A DNA stretch of 32,000 nt from Candidatus Electrothrix yaqonensis (GTDB lineage: Bacteria; Desulfobacterota; Desulfobulbia; Desulfobulbales; Desulfobulbaceae): assembly GCA_047651235.1 (NCBI GenBank), contig CP178758.1, forward strand, positions 3,570,001 through 3,602,000, in the 5' to 3' direction. A model generated the notes under the pieces. That model had not been told where the DNA came from and searched no databases. It saw nothing but the letters and a program-made list of their open reading frames with translations. How positions within the stretch are numbered: the stretch's first letter is position 1; each line of letters opens with the position of its first letter. The translations under genes were made by a program, and so were the position numbers. Positions 16,721 through 25,529 of the stretch are shown in pieces.

Positions 16721-18421
16721 ATGGCTAAGACTAACTATCTCGATTCTGATCTGTCCAATGCGAAATACAAATACGACTTGGTGGTTGGTACAACCGCCGA
16801 TGCCATCAATGCATCAATGAAAATGTGGCTTTACAAAAATGCACCAGATGCCAAAGAGGTATGGTACCAGCAGGAGGACGTCGGTGGCCCGATCACGCCG
16901 ATGACACCAATCGAAGGCGTTGATCCGTTCCAGTATCAGACAGACGAGGAAATCCCAGACTCGTTGACAGACTCCGCTTTCGTATTTGCGATCAAAGCCG
17001 GATTCGGCCTGCCCAAAGGTGTCACGCCGCTGGACGTTCCCGACGTAATTGAGCTGACAAGCCAGCGGCAGCAGGTCAACTACAATATGTTCTTCAACAC
17101 CTTTTCGATCGTGACCCTGGAGTGGGGGCGTCGCGGACGGTATGCATGGAAAAATTACACACAGCCCAATGGGGAACCGTACATCTTCAATTATAAGGTC
17201 GATATGAACATGAACGCGGCCGATCCGACTTCGAAATTTTCGGATCTTCCTGAAAAAACACAGAAACTCCTGCTGAACTACAATGCAAATTCGATGTACA
17301 GCGTCCAGCAACTGTTCCTGGATTTGAACAACGCTGGCTTGCAAAGCGTGCCGACCATCTCTGGAATCCCTTCAAACTCCCCGGTCATTCGGACGCTTGA
17401 GGAGGATTTCATCAACACCTATTGGAAGGACCAGGCCGAGAACAAACACTTTGTTCTGGGGTATGCTGTGCATAACAATAACAGGACTACTGCAGCAAGC
17501 ATACAGCCAACATCACTCAACTTTCAGGTTGTCCCCTATCATGACAAAGACGGTAATGCGACAAACGAGACGAATCTTTATACGCTGAACTATCTTTCCA
17601 TGACCGAGGGCCGTCCGCTCACGGTTGGGGCTGCTTTTCCCTGGAATTGGGTAGACAAGTCCAAGGTTGCCGAATTCCACGGAGCGATGGCTGTTCGCAG
17701 GGATGTATTTGGTCAATTCCTGTCTGAAAAAATTTCTCCCTACCTGTGCCATGTCTGCATCGAACCATATTCATATATCGATATCTATTCTGCCGGTCTC
17801 AAGTCTAAAACAAAGTGGCGTTTGTCTCACGCAACAGACCAGCAGTTCAGCTCGACATCCAGCGGCAGCAAAATCTTGGAATTCAACTATTCGAACAACA
17901 GCAGATCCAGCGACAAGAGCGGCTGGATATCTGGACATTTCAATATGGACTCAACCGCCTCGGGTTCAATCACGGTTTCCGGAAACGAAATCACGATGAA
18001 AATTGACTCCAAAGTGACCATGGATCTCGACAATGGGGATATCTTTGGAGTTGGTGAAGTCAGCGGTCGATGCGGATCCTACAGTTCGACCACAATTTGG
18101 GAGGTAACGGTCGACGGACAAGGGGATGTCAACGTTTTGCCCAAGTCGGGATATCCGCAGATAACTTTTCAAGGATCTAACTATGATATGGGCGCGTTCG
18201 CCAAAATTGACGGTACAGCCGACGTCGGCGAATCGTTGGATAAGATATACAAAAAGATGAGCGACGCAATGGAGAATTTCAATACCCTTGTTCGGGATTA
18301 CCTGAACAGCAGTGGCGGAAAATGGATTTTTCCGGGAGGGCAAACATTCATATTCAAGGATGCTGCCTTCTCAGATGATCAAGATTTTGTAACCCATATT
18401 TCCTATGCTGATCCGTCGTAA
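16721..18421 (+). CDS. Hypothetical protein, partner of the 1150-aa protein
   Basis: An ATG at 16721 is preceded by GAAGGT; the track's TTG start at 16706 is an alternative. It lies about 30 nt after the upstream stop on the same strand. No motif was recognised. Confidence 0.7.
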   Translation: MAKTNYLDSDLSNAKYKYDLVVGTTADAINASMKMWLYKNAPDAKEVWYQQEDVGGPITPMTPIEGVDPFQYQTDEEIPDSLTDSAFVFAIKAGFGLPKGVTPLDVPDVIELTSQRQQVNYNMFFNTFSIVTLEWGRRGRYAWKNYTQPNGEPYIFNYKVDMNMNAADPTSKFSDLPEKTQKLLLNYNANSMYSVQQLFLDLNNAGLQSVPTISGIPSNSPVIRTLEEDFINTYWKDQAENKHFVLGYAVHNNNRTTAASIQPTSLNFQVVPYHDKDGNATNETNLYTLNYLSMTEGRPLTVGAAFPWNWVDKSKVAEFHGAMAVRRDVFGQFLSEKISPYLCHVCIEPYSYIDIYSAGLKSKTKWRLSHATDQQFSSTSSGSKILEFNYSNNSRSSDKSGWISGHFNMDSTASGSITVSGNEITMKIDSKVTMDLDNGDIFGVGEVSGRCGSYSSTTIWEVTVDGQGDVNVLPKSGYPQITFQGSNYDMGAFAKIDGTADVGESLDKIYKKMSDAMENFNTLVRDYLNSSGGKWIFPGGQTFIFKDAAFSDDQDFVTHISYADPS

Positions 18422-18600
18422 GGTATCCGCATGTTAAGTGACTGTATAAAGATAGTTTATCCGATTCGGAATATCTCTGTCCTGTCGGCTTCTGAGGATT
18501 TACCGGCCGGGAGCGGGTATTGCATGAAAACACTACCGTTCCTCTCCTGTCCGGCTCAGTGAACGCACTTTTTATGCGACTGACTGTATCTTAACTTAAT

Positions 18601-18744
18601 AATGCCGAGTTGACCGTACCGGCCCAACATTTGATTCCTGCGGCGCTGCGCGCCTTCGGAACCAAACGTTGGACTCGAAATTTTCCCGCAATAATCAACC
18701 GCAAGCGGCCATTATACCAGGAAAATTCCGGTCAACTCGGCATT
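18601..18744 (+). mobile_element. 144-bp MITE-like element, copy C (without the GC-rich hairpin)
   Basis: Identical to copy A. Its left flank is cttaacttaat rather than the hairpin, which shows the 144-bp unit is separable from the hairpin. Confidence 0.75.
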
Positions 18745-18756
18745 CTGCTTTTGAAA

Positions 18757-19083
18757 ATGAAAAAACGATTAAGCAAAAAAAATCATAAAGAATGGCTTGA
18801 ATATGGTGTTATTGATGCCAGCCAAAATTCATATTGGAGACAAAAACTTTTTGAATCGGAAAAATACGAATCGTTTCAAATTGATAAAGATCATTTGGAA
18901 GGAATTTTGCCTGAAGTTGCAAGGGCTATAAAGAGATACGATCTTTATTACTTAGCTTCAAAAGTATCCGCTGATGAGGCTGAGCCATGGCTAAGTGAAG
19001 GTGGATTAATAATTTTTAAGTTTTGGGCGAAGCATCACCCTTCAGTGAAAATGTTTTCAGGGAACAGCCCTGAAGTAATATAA
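18757..19083 (+). CDS. Hypothetical protein (108 aa)
   Basis: The ATG lies 13 nt after the end of MITE-like copy C. The track ORF start at 18610 is a TTG inside the repeat. The sequence is AT-rich with no recognised motif. Confidence 0.5.
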   Translation: MKKRLSKKNHKEWLEYGVIDASQNSYWRQKLFESEKYESFQIDKDHLEGILPEVARAIKRYDLYYLASKVSADEAEPWLSEGGLIIFKFWAKHHPSVKMFSGNSPEVI

Positions 19084-19115
19084 ATAGCAGAACAAAAGCA
19101 TGGAGAGGGACGATA

Positions 19116-19235
19116 ATGGAATGGGTAAAGAATTTAACAGAAGATGAATGTAAAGCTCTCAGAGACTGGGTAAACATGGGGGCGAACATATTACTCAACA
19201 TCCGCAGGGCTGAAAGTTTTTACATCCGTTCTTGA
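19116..19235 (+). CDS. Possible 39-aa ORF
   Basis: MEWVKNLTEDECKALRDWVNMGANILLNIRRAESFYIRS, with a GGAGAGGG ribosome-binding site 6 nt upstream. It is below the size cut-off of the ORF track. Confidence 0.25.
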   Translation: MEWVKNLTEDECKALRDWVNMGANILLNIRRAESFYIRS

Positions 19236-19329
19236 CAAAGTCTTCGGGACAGGCCGCAAAACGGCTGACGGTTTTAAAGAAAATATGAAATATGAAAATT
19301 TAATTCGACGAGTTTCTGCCGAAGTGGAA

Positions 19330-19598
19330 TTATGCCGCTGTTCCGTCAGGACGGCTTTGAATCCCGTAGTTATTTAATTCCCGTTCCTTATAGATAAATA
19401 CCACCAAGACGTACCGTCCGCTGTCTGTCTGGCCGTAGGCATCATACAGGTCTTCCCCCTGCACATGTCCTTTTGCTCCTCTGCGAATACGGGAAGCGTT
19501 GCAGAAAATCTCTTCAACTTCTTCCGGCGACAGGTGATGTTTCCATGCGAGTTTTTCAATAATCTGATCAAGCCAGACAATATATCTTCAATATACAT
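19330..19598 (-). pseudogene. BrnT/DUF497-like toxin gene, frameshifted
   Basis: The minus-strand ATG at 19598 opens MYIEDI. After a 1-nt frame change the sequence reads VWLDQIIEKLAWKHHLSPEEVEEIF..RRGAKGHVQGEDLYDAYGQTDSGRYVLVVFIYKE. This matches the family pattern I recall (IIWLExIVEKLxxKHxV...GEDxYxAxGQTxxGRYLxVxF). The C-terminus is degraded. Confidence 0.45.
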
Positions 19599-19639
19599 GG
19601 ATACGCTCTCTTTTCAGTTAAAGGTAAAAGGAGAACATG

Positions 19640-19807
19640 TCAAGGAAAAACAAAGGATGGGGCCTCGGTGAGCAACATCATCAGGCGGTCCAAGCCGAAG
19701 GCGATATCGCCGTGCGGGGCGCGCCGTATTCCAGGGCGCAGCAGGTGGCCGAACTTCTCCTCAGCTTCTTCCTCGCCGATACCCATTTCAAACACTCCGA
19801 ACAAATT
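19640..19807 (-). pseudogene. aspS: Remnant of the 3' end of aspartyl-tRNA synthetase gene (aspS)
   Basis: The minus strand reads [50 protein letters not shown]. Shifting the frame by one restores ALEYGAP in the central block, which implies two small deletions. For comparison, the E. coli AspRS C-terminus reads [46 protein letters not shown]. No upstream aspS body is present. Confidence 0.7.
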
Positions 19808-20108
19808 CTACTTTTTGCGCTCCAGTCACCATATTGCGGGCAAATTCTGCGGAAGTAACATCCTTGCCTCCGGATTTTTCCTCCTTGAAATCATTTGTTA
19901 ATTTATTTATATCAACAACCCGTTTTTCCCCATTTCTCCAGTGAATATCGAATTCCTTTCCACCGACCCGGACAAAATAATTGCTGGCCCCGTCATCATT
20001 CACTCTCTGCTTCAACCCGAAATGCAGAGTTTCAGGCGGTTGCTGAACAGATATTTTTTCAAATTCGCCTGCAAATAAACAGAGCATAATTTCGTCTGAG
20101 AATCGCAT
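19788..20108 (-). CDS. Hypothetical protein (106 aa), last gene of the four-gene operon
   Basis: Its start overlaps the upstream stop (TAATG). Its 3' end runs into the aspS remnant, so the C-terminus may not be native. Confidence 0.5.
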   Translation of the reverse strand: MRFSDEIMLCLFAGEFEKISVQQPPETLHFGLKQRVNDDGASNYFVRVGGKEFDIHWRNGEKRVVDINKLTNDFKEEKSGGKDVTSAEFARNMVTGAQKVEFVRSV

Positions 20109-21811
20109 TATACGTACCGGTTTCTTCTCTTTCCTTTTTTTTTCTCTGCCCTGATCCGTAAATCCGGCCAGATTGCCACCAGCTCGGAACGCAGCAGAAA
20201 GCCGCTCAGAAGACTACCCTGTTTTCTGAGTTCCGCATATTTCTGTGCGCTGCCGGGTGGAGTTGCCCCGCCCACACTCAAGGCACCGTCAAGCAGACAA
20301 TCGATCCAGAAGGAATCAACCTGAAAAAAACGGATGGATTCTTCCGGCAGCATTTCTTCGCGGGGAACAAGGTAATGAAAGGGAACGAATTCCAGATGCT
20401 TCAGGCGGGCAAACCAATCCGCTACGTCCCTGTCCATTGTATCCGCTGCAGATACGGAGCCGGTCTGCAGCGGCAAGTGCTGATATTTTTTCTTTTTCAG
20501 CTGTTTTTTCTGCAGATGATTCTGCACAGCGCCACGTTTCATGCTGAACAGGGCACCGGCCACATCCTGACTTTTCAGGCACAGGAGCTGTCCCAGCTCC
20601 CAGGCTGCAGCGTATGACACGTCAAACATACCGTATTCAGGATCGTATTGCAGAAGGTGATCTCCGGAGATGGCGGAAGATTCTCTGCTCCCGTTGCGAA
20701 GTTCTTTTCTGCCCGGAAGCAAAGGGCCGCGATACCAGGTTGCATTTGTATTGCCGTTCCGAAGGTGATGGGCAAGCGGAGCAAATCCCTGTGTCAGGTA
20801 TTGAGCGGTACGGTTTTTTTCTCCGTCTTTTTCGTCCGGCATGGTGAATGTGCCGCTGTCCAGATCAGTCAGAAATTGTCTGAAGACCGGTGTATTGTCT
20901 ATTGCCTCATGGAGCAGTTTCTTTTCAGTGATTTTATCCAGGGGGAGCTTGTCCTTCGGCAGAAGCGTCGCGATTTTTTCCAGAAAGGCTTTTTTCCCTC
21001 TGAATATTTCATCACCTATCTGCTGCCGTGCATCGGAAAGAATTTTATCAGATGCCTTTTCCGGTATCCGATAAAACTGTTCATCCGCAATTGTCCAGCT
21101 GTGCAGGACAACCAGGCGGACTGCATCATCCTCCCTTGCTCCTTGGTAATCAAATGTTCCCGCTTCGGTAAAACGGTTTTCCACGGACACCAGATATGCT
21201 GTACTCGTCCCTGCTTTTTTGGGAAGACGGTTACTTATAATGACAGCACGTTCAGCGGTATCCCGCTGGCGGACGTGGGTCAGGCAGGTTACTTCCTTTG
21301 CTGTCGGCATGATCTGTTCCAGCAGTGCCCGCCTGACATCAATGATCGTGATTTTGTCATCATCCTGCTGACCGATTTCCAGAGTAATTTTCGGGAAGCT
21401 CACGTTGTTGCTTTCAGCCTGCAGCTGCTGTAATGACATGAGCTGCGGGGTAACCGGCTCATCTTCATGAAACAGGAGCAGGGCCAGCCAGGGAAAATTC
21501 CGCTCCCAAGGCAGAGTGCTGCGCGTCAGGACGATATGGGGCAGGACAGCGGCATAGTTTTTTCTGCTGCCTGAACCTGGATAAACCGCAAAAATATCCT
21601 GCGGCGGCAGAGCAAACCGGTCGCTTGCAACGGCAATTTTTTTTGTTGCTGAAAAAGATACCTTCCCGGAGAGTTCCGGGGATGTCAGGATCTGTTCAAC
21701 GGTAATCTCGTAATTTCCGCTCTGCATCAGCGGTTTTTGAAAGGGGAGGAACCGTATCGTCTCCCGGGTATTCGCTGGTTCTTTTTTCTTCTTTTCTTCC
21801 GTTGTTATCAT
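20108..21811 (-). CDS. Conserved-looking hypothetical protein (567 aa)
   Basis: A long ORF in which the opposite-strand ORFs look like shadows. Notable blocks are AAVLPHIVLTRSTLPWERNFPWLALLLFHEDE, YAAAWELGQLLCLKS and GFLLRSELVAIWPDL. No enzymatic motif was recognised. Confidence 0.75.
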   Translation of the reverse strand: MITTEEKKKKEPANTRETIRFLPFQKPLMQSGNYEITVEQILTSPELSGKVSFSATKKIAVASDRFALPPQDIFAVYPGSGSRKNYAAVLPHIVLTRSTLPWERNFPWLALLLFHEDEPVTPQLMSLQQLQAESNNVSFPKITLEIGQQDDDKITIIDVRRALLEQIMPTAKEVTCLTHVRQRDTAERAVIISNRLPKKAGTSTAYLVSVENRFTEAGTFDYQGAREDDAVRLVVLHSWTIADEQFYRIPEKASDKILSDARQQIGDEIFRGKKAFLEKIATLLPKDKLPLDKITEKKLLHEAIDNTPVFRQFLTDLDSGTFTMPDEKDGEKNRTAQYLTQGFAPLAHHLRNGNTNATWYRGPLLPGRKELRNGSRESSAISGDHLLQYDPEYGMFDVSYAAAWELGQLLCLKSQDVAGALFSMKRGAVQNHLQKKQLKKKKYQHLPLQTGSVSAADTMDRDVADWFARLKHLEFVPFHYLVPREEMLPEESIRFFQVDSFWIDCLLDGALSVGGATPPGSAQKYAELRKQGSLLSGFLLRSELVAIWPDLRIRAEKKKGKRRNRYV

Positions 21812-21829
21812 GAGCTGTCTGTTCAGTTC

Positions 21830-24800
21830 TTAAGCAGCTGCCTGTATCTTTCTCTTTGTTTTCGGCGTTGCTGTATACCACTCCGGTTTGTTGTCAACAT
21901 CCACCTGCAGATCAGGCAGAAAAGATGTAAGGAGCTCCTGCCGTTCGGGTTTCTCTTTCCGGATATCTGCGTCGATCTCCTTCCAAGTTCTGTTTTCTTC
22001 CTGGGGCGACGGAGCAATGAATACCCAACCGAATGCTTCAGCGATGCGGGTGGTGCCTTTATCTGCCAGGAGTTCAGTATTTATGGATACAGATGCGGGC
22101 TGCTCGGAATTACGCCCGGCCTGGTGAGGCCGTATTGCACAGCCGGTCAGGGCGTTTCTGAATTTTTTGCCGTTCAGATCCGGCTGCAGAGAATCGCCCC
22201 ATAAGGCTTCAGGAACATTTTTATGCACTGGGCTGCAGGTGATATTTGTAACAGTTATTTTTTTTCTGCTGCCTTCCGTAATACGCCTGATGCGGATTGT
22301 CTGTTCGCTGCTCCAGACCTCTTTTATCCCCATTGACCCGATGCCGAAACTGCTGTCAGAACCGGCAGAAATATCTTTGCTGCTGCCGTTAATCCGGGTA
22401 CTGGGAATGACCGACTCAGTCAGCAGAGCAAATTCCTGCGGATTAACAACACATATCTCGCTGCCCTGTTCGTCCTTGACCGTTCTGATCAGCCCTCCGG
22501 TGACTGAGATACTGCAGACCTTATCGTCTTCCGGTAGGAAAGAGGTTTTGAAGTCGTCCCAGCTGATGGGTTGCGGGGGCTGCTTCTTCCCTGTACCGAA
22601 ATTGATGGCAACAGAGATAAATACCACCTTGATGCTGGCTTTTCCTGAAAATTCCGGCCCCCAGATGTGCAGGTCCGCTCCGATATCGAACGATTTGGTT
22701 ATCGTGCCGATCCATGTTTTTTTCGTATATGCCCCGCCTATGCTGACCTGCAGCCGGGCATCATAACAGTACGGCTGCCAGGGGATGAGAAAATCCACGG
22801 CAGCGACAAACCAGACCCTGATACTGCCGCTCTGCCACATGGTTTCAAGGCGGCCGCCCACCATCAGGGCATGAGAGCACAGGGCAAAATACACGCTGCC
22901 CTTTATCTGTAACTGTTCAGTGACTTTCCATCTGACCCCTAAAGGATCAACAGTCGGATAATGTGACGGCCTCTGGAAGCGCGGATGATATCCGCCCAAG
23001 GTGAGGATAAAATCACCGGCTCTGTTCCCCTTGAACCAGGTGTAAAAAGCAAAACCGCCGGTGAGGCGGCAGTCTCTGGACAGAATATACGAGTCTTCGG
23101 TCAGTTTGGCCTCTACCGCAAGAAAGCCTTCCTCCGGCAGAAGTTGAGCCCGGATGGCCAGAGTCACCTTGGCAATCGGGGTGACTTTTTTGTTCCCTAA
23201 GGACGGAGGACAGACCAGAGTGGAAAGCCCCAGCATACGTATCTCCAGCCGGTCTCCGAAAGAAACGGTGAGCAGGAGAAAGGAATTGATGATGTTGAAT
23301 GAGGAGAATTCGAGACCGACGGATAAAAAGTACTGTCCTGGAGCAGGCGGGAGGAATGTGTTGGCATTGTTCAGAGTCTCCAGCGGATCTTCATCGTTTC
23401 CGGAGGAATCGTCCATGACAAACCGGACCAGAGGAAAATCAGCCATCTGATCGATTTCCGGCATGATGAAGCGGCGGTTATAGCCGAACCCGGCTGCCAG
23501 TCCGGTAACAAAAAGAAAAGGAGGACCTCCCAGCGGCATATCCAGAAAGGCATAGACAAAGAGCGAAGACGGCGGCCCGGGCTGATACGAACCCATCCCG
23601 GAAACAGCCAGTCCCCCCAGCTTCAGAACGGTCATGCCGCTGTAGCTGACTCTGTTTTCCGCATCAACCTCTCTGAGCAGGGCGCCGCCAATTTCAAAGG
23701 CCGGGGTTTTCATATGCAGCCCCAGCCCGCTCAGAGTGAATTCCGGCGCAAACTTGTTCAGCCGGGAGCCGACTCCCAGCCCGTTGAGAGAGAATGCCAC
23801 CGGCCCCATCGCCAAGGTTGTATCAAGGAGAAGCCAGAGTTTTCCTGCTGTAAACTTTGCCCCGACCCGCCTGAACCGCACCGGCCCGACACTCTTTTGC
23901 ACCTCAAACCATTTTGCACCTTGGTCTGCGCCAGTGGCCGGAGCGGCCTGATCCGGCACAACCTTTTCCGCACCGTCTGCAGCAGGTACAGCAGATGCAG
24001 GAGCCGGGAGCGCAGTTCTGCTGCTTTTTGCCAAGGCCGCTGCACCGCCGAGAGGCAGATCCAAGGGATAGACCTCTGTCCCTAACTGCAGCTCGGCACT
24101 GAAGACCAACCCGCCGGAAACCGACGACTCTCCGGCTTCACTGAGAAATTCAGAAAGTTCTTCCGGGGAAAACTCTTCTGAGGCGACCAGGAACTGCAAG
24201 TTGCTGATACTGAGTTTCTGGTCCGCAGGCAATGCATCACGGACAAGTTCCAGGCCGGACAGATCAATGCTCTCCAGAATCAGGCCGAAAAGAAATTTTG
24301 CCTCTCCGCCTCCTTGGTACAGAAAGAAAATATTTTTGAGATCAACGGCAAGGTCCGGAGGCATATCCTGCGCAAGATCCGTTGAAACTGCACTGACCAG
24401 ATCTCTGATTTTTACGGGCTGTCCGCCCTGCTGACTGCAGGAGGCGCTGAATAGGGTGGATTGCGGATCTTTGCTGAACTGCAGCTTGAAGGCAAGTGTG
24501 TGATCCGGTGCCGGCTGCAGCATAATTTTGCCGCCGAAATCAATCCAGTATCCCCGTTTTTGTTTCGTTACGGCAAGGGTTACCAGAATGTCAGGCTGCC
24601 GGTCGTTAATCGGAAATTTTGCGTGGCAGAAAAAGGTAAAGCTCTTCGCATTTATTTCTGTATCTATTGTAATGCAGACGCCGAGTTTTTCTATCGGCAG
24701 GTCCGAAACCGCTACAGGGGGAGGAACGAGTTCGGAATCGACTTCCTTTGCTGCCCGCCGAACAAGTTCGTCAATATTGAAGGTGATTTTGCGGGACTCG

Positions 24801-24916
24801 GCCAGAATCGTTGTTGTTTTCCCTCCTGTTTCAACTGCTCCAAAAAAGGTGATGCCGAGGAACTCGAACTTTGCGGATAACTGGACCTGGGGGGAAGTAA
24901 ACGGGGGCGAAGGCAT
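21830..24916 (-). CDS. Large hypothetical protein (1028 aa)
   Basis: A long ORF. The C-terminal half carries TLGGYHPRFQRPSHYPTVDPLG and beta-rich blocks that I associate from memory with the domain of unknown function DUF6603; this is unverified. Confidence 0.75.
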   Translation of the reverse strand: MPSPPFTSPQVQLSAKFEFLGITFFGAVETGGKTTTILAESRKITFNIDELVRRAAKEVDSELVPPPVAVSDLPIEKLGVCITIDTEINAKSFTFFCHAKFPINDRQPDILVTLAVTKQKRGYWIDFGGKIMLQPAPDHTLAFKLQFSKDPQSTLFSASCSQQGGQPVKIRDLVSAVSTDLAQDMPPDLAVDLKNIFFLYQGGGEAKFLFGLILESIDLSGLELVRDALPADQKLSISNLQFLVASEEFSPEELSEFLSEAGESSVSGGLVFSAELQLGTEVYPLDLPLGGAAALAKSSRTALPAPASAVPAADGAEKVVPDQAAPATGADQGAKWFEVQKSVGPVRFRRVGAKFTAGKLWLLLDTTLAMGPVAFSLNGLGVGSRLNKFAPEFTLSGLGLHMKTPAFEIGGALLREVDAENRVSYSGMTVLKLGGLAVSGMGSYQPGPPSSLFVYAFLDMPLGGPPFLFVTGLAAGFGYNRRFIMPEIDQMADFPLVRFVMDDSSGNDEDPLETLNNANTFLPPAPGQYFLSVGLEFSSFNIINSFLLLTVSFGDRLEIRMLGLSTLVCPPSLGNKKVTPIAKVTLAIRAQLLPEEGFLAVEAKLTEDSYILSRDCRLTGGFAFYTWFKGNRAGDFILTLGGYHPRFQRPSHYPTVDPLGVRWKVTEQLQIKGSVYFALCSHALMVGGRLETMWQSGSIRVWFVAAVDFLIPWQPYCYDARLQVSIGGAYTKKTWIGTITKSFDIGADLHIWGPEFSGKASIKVVFISVAINFGTGKKQPPQPISWDDFKTSFLPEDDKVCSISVTGGLIRTVKDEQGSEICVVNPQEFALLTESVIPSTRINGSSKDISAGSDSSFGIGSMGIKEVWSSEQTIRIRRITEGSRKKITVTNITCSPVHKNVPEALWGDSLQPDLNGKKFRNALTGCAIRPHQAGRNSEQPASVSINTELLADKGTTRIAEAFGWVFIAPSPQEENRTWKEIDADIRKEKPERQELLTSFLPDLQVDVDNKPEWYTATPKTKRKIQAAA

Positions 24917-25029
24917 TTTTAGATTTTTCGCAAAGTACTTATGATCACAGAAAAAAATTCAAGAACGACGCTGTCGGTATCACAGCTGCTCTCTGGAATT
25001 TCAATCTGCGTTATTAAGGAACAAATTTA

Positions 25030-25503
25030 TTATTCACTGCCGCTATCACTTTCTGTTTCGGCAGTTTTGCCTGAGTTGCCCTTAAACCTATATATTCGCT
25101 TTGTAACTTTGCTCCCTTTTCCTCCAACACCAACACTAACAGAACCTTCGGCTGTTTTTATTCCGGCATTACCTTCCCCGGCACCCTCGTAGTATTCCTC
25201 AATTTCAACTTCATGGGCTGATTGAATTCTTTGTGCTATTGCCATTTCCTGTGCCACACGAGCCTGCATTTCCGCCATTAAAAGTTCTACTTTTTGCCTC
25301 TCAGCTTCATCGTTTAACATATTTATATCATTCGACTCCGAAGCTCTTTTGCTTTCATTTGATGCGCGAATCAAGGCAGCAGCGGATGGACCTATTATTG
25401 GAGTAGCTGCAACAACAGCTTCAAGTGCAACTTCCCAATAATTAATTCCGCTTTTTTCTTTCACAGGAACATCAATCTTCTGAATATCTTTATTATTATC
25501 CAT
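25030..25503 (-). CDS. Hypothetical small protein with one hydrophobic segment, a coiled-coil-like middle and a Gly-rich tail
   Basis: A 157-aa ORF containing WEVALEAVVAATPIIGPSAAALI, AERQKVELLMAEMQARVAQEMAIAQRIQ and GVGGKGSK. It is more AT-rich than its neighbours. Confidence 0.55.
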   Translation of the reverse strand: MDNNKDIQKIDVPVKEKSGINYWEVALEAVVAATPIIGPSAAALIRASNESKRASESNDINMLNDEAERQKVELLMAEMQARVAQEMAIAQRIQSAHEVEIEEYYEGAGEGNAGIKTAEGSVSVGVGGKGSKVTKRIYRFKGNSGKTAETESDSGSE

Positions 25504-25529
25504 ATAAACCCGTTAGCTTGCAGCAGTCG

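Noticed and set aside
20245-24944. Plus-strand ORFs opposite the 567-aa and 1028-aa genes (for example 20648..21433, 22167..22766, 24461..24880)
   Set aside because: They are shadow ORFs typical of GC-rich coding DNA. Their sequences are low-complexity and rich in Arg, Ser and Cys, they have no start context, and they are fully nested in longer minus-strand genes.
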